Shown here: in pieces, positions 21,230 to 33,453 of the stretch | How positions within the stretch are numbered: the first letter of the stretch is position 1 | Layout of the letters: every line of letters begins with the position of its first letter | Source of the DNA: Neophaeotheca triangularis | Taxonomy: Eukaryota | Assembly (NCBI GenBank): GCA_054600435.1 | Contig: BAAIJX010000011.1 | Location: forward strand, 186,001 to 250,000 | DNA: 64,000 nt | Direction: 5' to 3' | The notes under the pieces: model-generated | Told to the model about the DNA's origin: nothing | What the model saw: the letters and a program-made list of their open reading frames with translations, nothing else | The model's database searches: none | Program-made: the position numbers and the translations under genes

Positions 21230-24200
21230 TCACTCCCTTGCACCCATTCCCATCATTAATGTCAGTGCAGCCAAGATCACAGGTCCGACGCTCACAATCT
21301 CCCCGAGTCCAGCATATGCGGGAGGGATTCTGACTTTCACAAACGCCCCAGCTGCGAGTAGGATGGCAAAAACATTGTAGACAGCCGACCACACGAAGTT
21401 GAAGACAATGCGTGCGAATGCTTGCTTGGAAACGTCGAGCAGCACCGGGACGCCCTCGAGGCCTCGGAGCAACACCACGTCCGCAACAGCGCTTGCAATG
21501 TCAGATGATGTGCCGAGCTGAGCGCCCACATTGGCTTGAGCAAGCGCCACTGCATCGTTTGTGCCGTCGCCGCACATGAGGACAATCTTGCCGTTTGCTT
21601 GTAGAGCCTCGACGTATTCCTTCTTCTGCTGTGGTGAGCGATGAGACGCTATGTTCGTCGGCTCAACGTCCAACGCACGAGCAGCGGCTGCTACGGCGCG
21701 GGTGTGATCCCCGCTGACAATGTGGGTTGCGATGTTGCGCTTATGGAGTGTCGCAATGACCTGCTTTGCTTCGGAGCGCAAGGTTGCCTCCATCCCTATG
21801 GCTAATGTAGGTTTGTCGTCGATGCTCAAACAAAAGCATGTTAATCCTTGATCGAGAAGCTCGGAGACGGCTGGGTAATGTTCCAAAGACAGCCAAAACG
21901 GATTTCCCGCCTTCACGGTACGGCCGTTCCACTTTGCTTGAATCCCAGAGCCGGGTACGGATTTGACGCAGTCCAGAGTAACAGACTTGGAGACTACATG
22001 TGCGAGGTGTGCAGCAACACCTTTGGCAACAGGATGGGTGTCATCCTTCACAAGAGAATGTGCCACTGTGTTTGCCTCGTCGTCGGTTACCTCATCGCTC
22101 AGGAGCTCCTCCCGAACGACGCAAAGACCGCCCTTTGTCAGAGTTCCAGTCTTGTCAAAGATAACAGTTGTGACCTTGTAGGCCCGTTCTGTGGCATCAG
22201 AAGCTTTGATGATCACGCCCATCTTTGCCGCGACCCCACCAGCAATCACTAGGACCATGGGTACGGCCAGCCCGAGCGCGCAAGGACAAGAGACCGCCAG
22301 AACCGCGATTGCGTAGGTGATGGCGGTACCAATAGCGCCGCCAGTGGCCTCTCCACGAACTCTAAGCGCTACAGCAATCCAGATAGCAAATACAACAGTC
22401 GCTATTACCAGTACCGTGGGCACGAACCACGAGGCAACTTTGTCGGCGAGATCTTGAACTCGTGGCTTAGCGCTGAGAGCATTCTCGACACTTTTGGCAA
22501 TGTCGCTTATGCTGTTGGCACCAGGTAAACGTGTAATTTTGACGTGCAAGATACCTTCGCCATTGGTGGTGCCGGCTGTAACCGCATCGCCTTCGCGTTT
22601 CGTGATCGGCAGTGCCTCGCCGGTCAGGAGAGACTCGTCAACCGCACTCACGCCGGAAGCGACAATCCCATCTGTGACCACATGTGCGTGAGCGCGGATG
22701 ACTATCGAATCGCCATACTGTAATAGGCGGCTATCAATTTCAAGCGTGCTTCCCTCGGACAGCAAGAGTACTGATTTCTCTGCTTGCAATGAACGCAAGG
22801 AGACAGCACGAGTAGCGCGAGTACGAGCGTAGGCGGCAACAAGACGACCGAAGAGCACCAGGGTGATGAGGAGCGTGCTCGTCTCGAAAAACGCTTCGTG
22901 CTCAAGCTCGATGCCAACTTCGGCAAGAGCGAACGCGACAACGCTGTAGGCGTAGGCGGCGGTAATGCTGACGACGACCAGCATGTCCATCTCAATAACT
23001 CTGCTGAAGACCAGTGACTTAATGGCTTGCGTGTAGAACTCGGGCACTGCAATGGCTTGGACGAAAGTAGCCAGTATGAGCGAGATCACTCCCCGGGTAT
23101 GGCGAGGCACTGGGGTCGGTGCCCAGGCAAGCACAACCACCGGGACGGTAAGCAACAAGGCAATTGCAAAGAACCAAGTCATCTGTACCAGGCGCTTGGT
23201 GCTTTCTCTGGCGCTGGGGTCCGCCATCGGAGGTGCCAAAACAGCGCCAGGTGGCATTAAGTCTCTTGCTCCTACGATGTAGGGGTTGTAGGTCACACGG
23301 TAAACATTTCCTTTGGCTTTGGTGATTGATACGATGCCTTGTGTCCCGCTCTCTTCCAGCTGCTTCGCCACATGGTGGTCCATGAGCACATCCAAGTGCT
23401 GGTGGTCCTCGATAAGACGCTCGCATTTGAAGCCCGTTCGCCGCTCGAGTAGTGCCACCACTTCATCTGCCCTGGCAACCTTGCTATCAAGCTCGAAGGA
23501 AGCGGTTCCCAATACAAAAGTGACTTCATATTTTCCGACGCCGGGTATCTGTTGGAGCACATTTTGCACCTTTGTGCTACAACCCGTGCAAGTCATTCCG
23601 GATACATTCAAAACCACCTGCTCTCGTCCGGCATCATTTTCCACGTCTGCGACCGAGCCAGTCTTATTATGGACGTCCTGTGTAGTCGATCTATCGGAAC
23701 AATGACCGCCAGTGTTTGAAGTCGGGATTTTCGGTGGATAGGGAGCACTTGTGATGGTCGAGACAGTCTTGGCCTCAGACGACAGCTTTGGTTTGGCGCA
23801 GCAGCCCGAAGTTCGGCCTACGTCTAGTTCGCGGCTGCTGAGGAACCTTTTCTTGTCTCTGGTCTCTCCTTTCGTGGTGCGCGCGGTAGTCGACGCCCTG
23901 TGGTCAGCGCAAGCACCGCTGATCGGCAGGCTTCCGTTAGAAGACAGTGTACAGCAGCAAAACCCAAACTCTTCTACAGCTCGGCGACAGATGCATTGAC
24001 CACGTCGTATTAGCGCCTCGAACCTCTCAAATGCGGCGAGTAGATGGCTGCCACAAGCGCTGGACGGTGACTTGTCGTTAGTGTCCTCGACCTGACCGCA
24101 ACAATCGTCCCGACATTCCTCGTCCTGAAGTTCCTTTTCGTCAAGCACGATGCAGCATTTGTCTTTCACAATGCCGGCGTCACTAGGCTTGGTCTCTAGC

Positions 24201-25122
24201 GCAGTCCCTTGGTCGCAGGCTTCGTTGCTACCGCAGCAGTCGTTCTTGGCAAGCTCCGCACCCGTGGCCTTGTCGTTCATGGCGGCGGGCAGGCCCTCAT
24301 CACTGCTACAGCAGCCCGGCTTGGTTTCCGTAGGAGAGTAATTGAGGTCAGGCACGGCTTCTGAACCTCTGCCCTCAGATTTGCAGCAGGTGGAAGGCTC
24401 CTTCCTAGAAGGTTCACAAGAACGCGCACCCAACCCGGCAGAAGCAGGAGCTGCATTGATCTGAGGCTCTTTCTTCTGGCAACAGTCAGAATCCTTCGAG
24501 GCAACGGGCGAGCAGTCGGATGAAGCGACCCTGTCGGAGGGATTTTGCTTTGCTTTGCGACAAGGCGAAGGGTCCTTGGTGGCACATGACTGATCTGGAC
24601 AAACGCGCCCTAAGCCATCGTGCCCAACAGAGGTCTTGTTGCATCCATTGACGTTTGAATCAGAAGGCCGGCTGGTGGAACAGCAGTCCTTGAGTTCCTG
24701 TTCCTCAGACTGCGTCACTGGGGCTGCACTGGCCGAACAGTCGTGAGACTGCATCGCTACAGGCAAGTCACCGCTTGGGATAGCACATCCCGACATCTTT
24801 GGCTTCGGTTTGCAACAGCCCGAAGGACCCTCAGTGTCGTCAACAACGCCAGAGGCAGTGCCCACCGTGTTGCCACTCGAGGCTATGCCAAAGTCGCTGC
24901 CGATGTCGAAGGGTGCTGGTGCGTGTTCTCCGAGCAAGCAAAGGCGTGCGGCGATGCGTCGCAAGCACTCCTCTGTAGAATATTAGATTAGGAAAACTAC
25001 CGTGATAGCAGTGGGAAAAGCTTGCGAGACCGCCATCAGGGTTGCCGTCCCGGCCCTTACATGTGGCACATACCTCTGCACCCAGACCCTCGCTTATCGG
25101 GGGTTGGGTCCTCACACGCCAT
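21230..25122 (-). CDS. P1B heavy-metal-transporting ATPase, PCA1-like, with long Cys-rich N-terminus (exon 1 25122-25074; exon 2 24972-21230)
   Basis: GMTCTGC HMA motif, TGE, SCPCALGLA, FDKTGTLT, HP, GDGTND and YN. The last TM reads AGLGEIVS rather than the Cu-type MxxSS. Intron 24973-25073 (GTATGT..CTAAT..CAG) supplies the ATG start MACEDP. Confidence 0.92.
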
Positions 25123-25580
25123 GGTTGGTGTCTTGAACAGTTTCTTCACCTATAGAACGTATCTGTCGCGTGATGTGCTGAATACGGGTTCGTTAGAATG
25201 AACCTTGGGCATGTGCAAGTAACCTGGAAGGGTTCAGGTTCTAGAAGTGGTCTGGTCTATAGGTGTCGTCGCGGGGGCGGGCGCTTGGTCTTGGCGCGAG
25301 CGTGTGCTTCCGCCAAGCAAGCGAGAGGCTGTCTTGTTCATTAAACTTGGTCGCATCTATCATGCAAGTGGGTAGGTCGTTAACCACAGCACATACGCAA
25401 TTGCACACAGGACGTGCGAGCAGAGGGGGGTCCTTTTTTTGTCAATATCAGGGCCACACTCCCGACTTTACATGATGGTACTCAGACCGCGTGAGCAAAT
25501 GCATTCATTCATGATTCTACATATTTCACGGCAAGCCCTTCTTGTCACCTCGCACGTAACTATAATCCAACATGACCCAT

Positions 25581-27429
25581 CTAATGATCGTCCTTGACAT
25601 CGATGACAGTGCTCTTGAACTTGCGCGCCGAGATCTTGCGGTGGAACAAGATATCGAGCTCGCGGTACGAGCGGTGCTTGAGCTCGGGCAATTGGAAGTA
25701 CGCCCAGACGAGGAAGAAAGCAGCAGTACCGCCCCAAACGTAGCCACACTTGCCCGCCAGGTTCCAGCCCGTGGGGTTGAGGAGTTGAGAAGCCAGGTAG
25801 ATCATGGGGATCTCGGCGATGTAGTAGGCGGCGCGACCGACACCTGTGCTCAGTGCGCGGAGACGGACGGATGAGGTTTCGGAGATGATGGCGTAGGATA
25901 TGGGACCTTGGGCGCCGGCGTAGACGAAGCTGATTATGACACCGAGGCAAGCTTGCGCATAGTTGGTCGAACTTGACTGTGGGATCGAAGCGCATATTCC
26001 GAGGATGATCAGCAGCACGAAGGCGGTAGCGAGGCCTCCTAGAAAGATTGTCCGGCGCCCAAACCAGGATGTAAGGAATAAAGCTCCAATGTTGGCGACA
26101 AGCTGGAGGCACGAGTTGATCAGGCCCAACTGGAAGGAGAAGCTGGTGTCCATCCCGGCTTCTAGATGGGCGTTAGTATTCTCCTCGACAAAGTTTGTGG
26201 GTGACTGCTAATGCTTACGTTCGAAGAAGAAAGTCGCTTGGTTGGCGATGAGGTTACCAGCGAAGTTTTGCGAGACATACACCATACAGGTGATGATGGT
26301 ACGCCGAAGATCGGCATTCTTGAACAAATCCAAGATGCTGGGGTCGCCACCCATTTTCTTTTCAATCTCGACAGTTCTCTCGACGTAAGCGAGTGCTTCA
26401 TCGGCATTGACTTTAGATCGTCGGCCGAGTCTCGAGAGTGACTTGCGAGCCTCCTGGAGACGTCCACGACGAGCGAGCCAGTACGGGGACTCGGGTGCGA
26501 AGAACACGAGAACCATGATGGGTGTCTGAAGTTAATTAGCAACTGTTCTCATAGACAACAAGAGAAAGAAGGGTCTTACCGGAAACAACCATTGCAGGGC
26601 AAGAGGCGCTCGCCATGCCCATTCGTCGCTACGATTCTGGTAAACATAACATACACCGGCGACAATTATGCTGCCGATCGACCAGCTCATCTGAAGAGTA
26701 GCTGTGCAGGCGCCGCGAAGGGCGAGAGGAACGACCTCAGAGGCATAGGCAGGTGAGTTGGCGATGAAAAAGCCCCACGGAACACCTTGGAGAGCTTGAC
26801 CAACTGTGAGCACTTCGAGAGAGTCGGCCTAGGAATGGTGTTAGTAACCACGACATCGACGGCCCGAAATAGCATTGGGACACATACAAAGAAAGAAACG
26901 AATATTGTGGCGTTCATCAGGACGAGACCCAAGATGGTAGTCCACCGGTAACCCAGTCTGTTCGTAATCGGCCCAGCTAGGAGGACACCGACAAAGGCAC
27001 CACACTGACCGGACTGGAAGAGGGCGCTTTGCCACTTTGTCTGGATAGCCGGAAGGTCCGCGCCGACGTCCACGCCGTATCTGTAGCATCAAAGTCAACA
27101 CGCGCTCGCAAAGGCTGCATCGGATGCACTCACGCCCTACGGAAAGCCGGCATGGCGACGAAAGCTCCGTTTAAGAACATGTCAAAAGACTCCATGACGA
27201 TGGTGAAACACATGAGAAAGGCCCAGAAGCATGCCCATGGATATGTCTTGACCGCTTGCCAGACTCCCATCTCGTGCTCGGCGTTTTCTCCCTGGTAGGC
27301 ATCTTGCATCAAATCCTTGTCCGAGGCGATGTCCGACTGATAAACGTCTTTCTCCTTGAGGTCCTCGGTATGTATGTTGTCGACACCACGGTGGGCCGAG
27401 TCAGCCGAAGCGTCAATCTTCGACGCCAT
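25581..27429 (-). CDS. MFS sugar porter, maltose/alpha-glucoside permease-like, 5 exons
   Basis: AYASEVVPLALRG, PESPYWL, ISETSSVRLR and PELKHRSYRELDILF motifs. Introns 27081-27133, 26829-26887, 26526-26579, 26162-26218. Confidence 0.92.
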
Positions 27430-29469
27430 GTCTCAAGTCGCTGGTAGTAGTAAGCTGATGGGGCTTTGGACCTTGCACAATGTGGATTGGGAGAGGAAAG
27501 GAAGAATGGAGAGAGGGGACTGGAGGAAGATATACTTGGCGACATCCAGTGCAGATATCGCTGCCATTTGGACTGAGCCGGGTACCCCATGCCGGCACCT
27601 TTTCCTCCTTCGCAGGTAGCGTTCCTCCTAATGCTAGATGAGCGTGTGATTAGGGGCATCACGGGTGGAAATCAGCGCTAAGGGCATGATTGTGGTGGAG
27701 GCCCCGGCCTTTGGAATGGCTGGCGCAAAGTCTCTGACAAGCCCCCACGATACCCCACAAGCTCTAACTGGAAGCAACCAAGCTCAGCCAAGGATGCACG
27801 TGGATGCTTGCTCGCAGCCTCCACCAAGCGTCCCGCGCTTATTGGACAGCTTGTTCTAGATTCAAGCCCTCCCGGGCTACTCGTAAGGTATCATTATTCC
27901 TTTCTCGGCTTCTTTCGAGCCACATCTCCCGTGTCTCTACTTACTCTCTACGCCTACGCAAGGCGCTCGTTCTACCGCTGCGACAGTCATCATGGCCCGG
28001 TAGGATCAGTCCAACATTGGTGCTTCGCCCGGCGTCCGGAATGTGGACGTGATGGTCACGGGTTCGCCTCGTCGTGTTCGTGCTTTTCTTCCACACGTCT
28101 CTTCCGACAATATCCTGTCTGCCAGACTCGTGTGTTTCGAGGAGGTCGATCTCGATGTAGCAAACGCCGATTGTTTCTCATTGAAGACTCGAGACCCTGT
28201 TATCCCACGTCAAATAAAGTGTTTCGCATCAATGGCACAGCATCGGCTTTGGCTGGCCATTGCAAAATGCCGCGGTATGTGGGCGCCGTTTGTTCTGCCG
28301 TCATGAGGTTCTGGGGCTCCGCTACTGCGTGAGTCGTGACTCGTGACTTGCTCGGTCTCGAAAAAGCCTAAGGTATGTTTAGTGAAACCTTCTAGGCTAT
28401 CGGCAATAGGTCAGGACGAGATCGGCTACGGCACAAGCGTGGGATTCGAGGTACAATGGTAAGAGGGCAACTCTCCCCGATGTAAGCATCCGGCCACAGG
28501 AGTATATAGTGCAATGATGATGGACTGCTCTTCCGTCTGTCAAGCCGCAAATGGGGTGGATGAACGAACGGGGGCAAGACCACCCGGGTTACCTTTTGCC
28601 ATGCCGACACGCAACCTAGGAATGGGGTCAAAGCTACCATAACCATGAAGGCACGTGGGACATAGCCGCCCTGGACCACATAACAGTTAGGTACCTTGTG
28701 TCAGTCTTAGCTGACTATGTGTTTGCCTACCATCAAAAGCATCCGGTCATCGTCATGTTCAAAGCTTCACGTGGAATCGTTGTAGAAAGAACGATAGACA
28801 CTAGATGCGTAAAGGTCTCGTCCTCTTCCGGAGGTCTACCTCCTATCGGTTAGGTGAAGGCGAAAGCGAACGTACCCTCAATCTGTCCAGATATGCACGC
28901 AGCACGCTCAGAGAGATCGCCAGAGTCTTCGGCCCTTCTCTCCGGCATGCAAGAGCGGAGCATTCGTGCTGCAAGAGAGAGACAGCACACTCTTTTGGTC
29001 GATATCATCATTCGCGACGTTCATTTTCTGGCCCATGTACTCAGTGGGCACTTGACGGTCCTTGAGAGCCCGATTATAACGCAAACATGTATTCCGGAGC
29101 GACGCGGGAAAAAACATTTGCAACAGTCCGTCTCCAAGCTAGCTCGAGCACATTCGTTGTCGTCAGGAATCGAATCGAGCCCCGATGGCCCACGGAACGC
29201 CAGGACAACGTACCTGGTAAGCAGAGATTTCCGGCTTACAGCCTGTTTTGATGACTTTTTCAACCCGCCTGTCTTGCGGAACTTCGCATGGCGCGGTAGA
29301 GCATGTAAACTCCACCGGTATCTACTTCGTTGCCAATCGTGAGGAAATCCCAGAGTGCCATTGTTTGATGGGACAAGACTAAGGCTTCGGTTTCGCGATC
29401 TCGTCGGTAAATGGGGCGAAAGGTGGAAGATAAAGACTCTCCTACATACCATCAGCTGGACCATTGTTT

Positions 29470-32010
29470 CTATGGAACAGGCTCCTTACGTCGCCCCCCC
29501 TCGTGGCTCCTAGCGAAAAATTTTCCCAAGTCCTTCGCCACGTCTTCAACCGTTCCAGCGCCCCTATCATCCACCATGCTCTCCCTGATCCACCCTGGCA
29601 GCTTCCCCCGCACCCTCTCATCCGCATACCGAGCATCGAACAACAAGATACTCGCCCAATCGCTTTTGTGCCTCACAACCCTCCCAATACCCTGGTTCAC
29701 AGCCCGCATGCACACATTCTCCACATGCTCCCTCCCAGCTTTACCGCGCGGCTCGCCCCTCGCCGCAGCCTTGTCATCAATATACTGCAGTTTTGCTTTC
29801 CACTCAGGGGAATAAGTGTTCGGGTACGGCAGGCCTACGACTATCACGCAGCGACCGAGGTCGTCGGCGAAGTTTATGCCTTCGGAGAGTTTGCCACCAA
29901 GGACAGAGAGGAGTACGGCGCCCTTTGTGGGGTTCTTCTGTATGGTAGCCGAGTAGGCCCGGAAAATCTCTTCGGTTTTGGCGCCGCGGGAATCGTGGAA
30001 GGTGGGTTTCATGGCTTCGAGTTGAGGGAGAAGGGTGGTCCATTTGTTTAGTGCGGCGCCGAGGAAGGCGTAGCTGGGAAAGAAGACAATCATGCCACCA
30101 GAGACACTGGAAGCCATTTTAATCAGAGCGGCTCCGAGGCGGTCGAGAGTCTTGGGATTTTCGCGGGCTTTGTAGTCGAAGCGAAGAGAGTCTGATGCTG
30201 TCGAGGAGCTCGTTGAGTCTGAGCCTATTATCCGTACAAAGAGATTCTCTGGGGGTACAATGTGACCGCAAGAAAGCGTTTGTATTTTGGGCAGGTATGG
30301 GAAGAGTTGCTGCGTGTAATCTTCCATCGGTGACATTGTGCCACCTGCGAGAATGACAGCTCTTGCGTCTTCAACAATGTCGCGAAAGTGTTCCGAAGGA
30401 TCGAGCAGCATATAGCGGAGGTGGTGCTCGTTGCCATCTCTCGATCTGAAGAAGCGACCTTCTCGGGATGGGTTCATCATAGCCATCAAGAAAGATTGAA
30501 CATGCGTCAGAGCTGGAGTTTCCGGATCTGTCTTCTTCGGCATCCGAAGCCTGCCTTCCGGCTGTGACTGGTCCTCCGCAGCAACATGGGCGGCGTAGCC
30601 TTCCACTTTGCGCGCAAGCTTGCTTTCGCTGATGTATCGGACGAGCTTGGTGAGGTTGATACTGTCAATATGGTTTCCTGAGAGCAAGGTATCGATCTGT
30701 ACAACAGCATCTTCACCGGACACCGAAGACGCCAGCGAATCAACAATCTTAACAAGCTGCGCCAAATACTGCCTATTCTGCCCTTTCAGACGATTCCGGA
30801 ACTTGTGCAAGTACAGCATTAGCCCGCTCTTCGCGTACTTGAGCTGAGATTCTGAGATGTGGACAGAGTATATTCCGGCAATAGCGTCCATGAGATTGTG
30901 AGCTTCGTCTATGACAACTACATGCCCTCTAAGATTGATACCAAGAGCCTCCCTAGCGGACTTTTGTAACAGCAATGGATAAGGTAAAGTAACCATCTCC
31001 GCCGGGCCTATCGCAGGCCGAGTGGCGTAGTAAGGGCATATGGAAAGATCTCTTCCGAGTTCAGCAAGATCTTCAATATCACGAACGCTGGCAAGGGCAT
31101 GGTCTCGGAAGCCAATCACAGCATCCTGGTTGCCCTGGTTAGGAACGAACGTGCACTTATGCTCTTTTGCGGTTTTCGGCTGTTGTAGTTCCATGCATCC
31201 CTCGTTGATTGCCGTAGGATCTTTCAAAGAAGCCACCTTCTTGTTGATGCATAAATTCTTTCGTGAGCCCAACGATAGCTGCTTCAATGCTTCGACTGGG
31301 TCATCTTCCTCACTTTTCGGGTCGTTCCGGGGCACTCCAGACGGCAATCTCACTCGTTGAAGCTCACCCACGAATTGAGAGAGTTGGGAGTGCGTTCGCG
31401 AACAGATAAACACCTTCGACTCGTCCACATCTTCTTGATCCGGGTTGTCGGCATTCTTGACGATCATTCCTAACTTCTCCATCATCTGCTGCGTTTCCGT
31501 CGTGAACCCTTCCGCGAAGTCGCCACCTCGAGTTGTTCCTGGATCACGTTCGGCATCGTCGTACGATTCGAGCAAGTACTGTTCAACGTCGTCGCCGCCA
31601 AGATTCGGCGCATCTTGCGAGTCACGCCTGCGTCGCTTTGAAGGTGGCTCGCCATTACGGTTGCGCTCTCGAGCCTTCTTCTCTCGTTCTCGTGCAGCTT
31701 CCAACCGCTTCTCAAAATCCTCAATCAGCTGCAACGCATTCCTGCGCTTGGCAGCCTTGGCATGCTCAACCATCCATTCGGGCTCGTCATCGTCAAGCTG
31801 TATTTGAGCAAGTGTCGCTTCGAAAGTTTGTCGCTTGTGCTCGCGAAGCCATGTCAGAGAACCGCAAATCAGACTTAGCGATTTGCCTGTTCCGGTTGGA
31901 GACTCAAAAATGCCGACTTTCCGATTTTCGATGCAGTCGTAAACTGCTTGCATGAATTGCTGCTGGATTTGGTATGGCTGGTACGGATGGTGAAAGTCCT
32001 TTGTGGCCAT
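29470..32010 (-). CDS. CHL1: Fe-S DNA helicase Chl1/DDX11
   Basis: Start MATKDFHHPYQPYQIQ (ATG 32010); ESPTGTGKSLS, SRTHSQL, CPYY, DEAHNL, GGTM, SEGINF, RAVNQGIGR. Confidence 0.95.
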   Translation of the reverse strand: MATKDFHHPYQPYQIQQQFMQAVYDCIENRKVGIFESPTGTGKSLSLICGSLTWLREHKRQTFEATLAQIQLDDDEPEWMVEHAKAAKRRNALQLIEDFEKRLEAAREREKKARERNRNGEPPSKRRRRDSQDAPNLGGDDVEQYLLESYDDAERDPGTTRGGDFAEGFTTETQQMMEKLGMIVKNADNPDQEDVDESKVFICSRTHSQLSQFVGELQRVRLPSGVPRNDPKSEEDDPVEALKQLSLGSRKNLCINKKVASLKDPTAINEGCMELQQPKTAKEHKCTFVPNQGNQDAVIGFRDHALASVRDIEDLAELGRDLSICPYYATRPAIGPAEMVTLPYPLLLQKSAREALGINLRGHVVVIDEAHNLMDAIAGIYSVHISESQLKYAKSGLMLYLHKFRNRLKGQNRQYLAQLVKIVDSLASSVSGEDAVVQIDTLLSGNHIDSINLTKLVRYISESKLARKVEGYAAHVAAEDQSQPEGRLRMPKKTDPETPALTHVQSFLMAMMNPSREGRFFRSRDGNEHHLRYMLLDPSEHFRDIVEDARAVILAGGTMSPMEDYTQQLFPYLPKIQTLSCGHIVPPENLFVRIIGSDSTSSSTASDSLRFDYKARENPKTLDRLGAALIKMASSVSGGMIVFFPSYAFLGAALNKWTTLLPQLEAMKPTFHDSRGAKTEEIFRAYSATIQKNPTKGAVLLSVLGGKLSEGINFADDLGRCVIVVGLPYPNTYSPEWKAKLQYIDDKAAARGEPRGKAGREHVENVCMRAVNQGIGRVVRHKSDWASILLFDARYADERVRGKLPGWIRESMVDDRGAGTVEDVAKDLGKFFARSHEGGRRKEPVP

Positions 32011-32321
32011 CTTTGCTGGCTCGAAACCGGACCTTTGGATGCTCTGGATGGGGGGCCTTTGTCGTATGTTTTGGGAATCCACAGTTTTGACAATTTTCAA
32101 GGCAGATCCTATGTTCTTGAAGAGTTCCAATTCAATCGGTGTAATGTCAAAAGCACGATGTAGCTGTCGGCGGTACTGATGTTGAGGTGAAGGTGAAGAG
32201 CGAACTTGGAGCTGCAAAGCCGGCCCCACTTTTACGCGCTAATGAAACGCGCAATCACATGACCCTAGGCGTTTCCTATAATGGAAATAGGGGCACATCG
32301 TAGGGTAGTACCAGAAAAAGC

Positions 32322-33157
32322 TCATCGATTCTTCCCTTTCCTAAAACGAACAGTGCTTTCCTCAACTGGCTTCGCGGAGGACTTCTGGTCAATCACCCAA
32401 GTCTCCATAACCTCCTTCTGCTCCAGCTTCTTCACCTCCTTTTCCTTCGACTCCCTCACTCGCCTAATGTACCCAAAGTAGATTGCCACTTCAGCAACGG
32501 CGACCAGCACGCTTCCGAACATACTCAGTGCCAGGCGTGACGGTACACTCCAGCGCCTCGCAGCCATCCAAATGGCAACGCTGCAGCAAATGATGGAGAC
32601 CAAAACGTTGATGATGAGGGCCATCTGTCGGTTGACATCTGCGTAGGTCATTTCATCCACTTCCTCCGGTGGATGCTGGCCGATGGATGTCATGGGTTCG
32701 AAAGTGTTGGGAGCGTTTGGAAAACGATGGCCAAAGGTTTCGTTCGCCTGTGGAGGGTTGATCATGCGCTCGTACTGGCGGTGTTCCTCTTGTTTTCGTA
32801 GTTTGGCCATTAGAGCTTGATATTCGGGTGTCTACTTGTCTGGTTAGTTTTGCAGATTTCTTTCATTTGAGAACACGGTGTATGTACTTGTTCCTTCTTC
32901 GGTGGTGGTGGCGGCCGGTAGATCGTTGACCCTTTCAACAAGGCACCCAACCGCCAATGTTTGGAGACATCCGCATCTTCTGCATTTTTTGACTGTTGGA
33001 CGAGGGTTTTTGATATCTCAACAAGTTTCCAGTGCTCGATAGGGCTGCCTACGCCAGAGTCTTCAAGCGGTATATCGTTGGCGAGTGTTGCAGCATCGAA
33101 GCCGCGAAAGGCTTCGATCGCTTTTTGGGCTGCATCCGTCACAGTGAGGAGAACCAT
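32322..33157 (-). CDS. VMA12: ER V-ATPase assembly factor Vma12/TMEM199 (intron 32832-32887)
   Basis: MVLLTVT.., LLKGSTIYRPPPPPKKEQ|TPEYQALMAKLRKQEEHRQYERM, then two C-terminal TM helices (LIINVLVSII; VAVAEVAIY). Confidence 0.85.
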
Positions 33158-33453
33158 TATAGATGCCGATTAAAATCCCTGAGCATACGAAGTGTCTTCG
33201 AGTTCATCCCAGATGGAATCGCGGTACCTGCATCTTCGCCAAGCCCCGCGGCGAGACCCCCAGATGCTAGCGTCACGGAATAATCTTGACCTTTATGTGC
33301 TCATACAGCATCTTGCAACCTCGCCATTGCCCTGTAAATTGCGTTCATACATTCATCCAAGTACTAATACGACAGTCGCGACATCCTCTGAATATTGAGC
33401 GCATACGAATGCTACACTAAAGACCTCGACCTACCCTCGCCGCGACCGTTCAC

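Noticed and set aside
27800..29460. Short ORFs upstream of the sugar porter
   Set aside because: No family motifs or coherent exon structure found; treated as intergenic.
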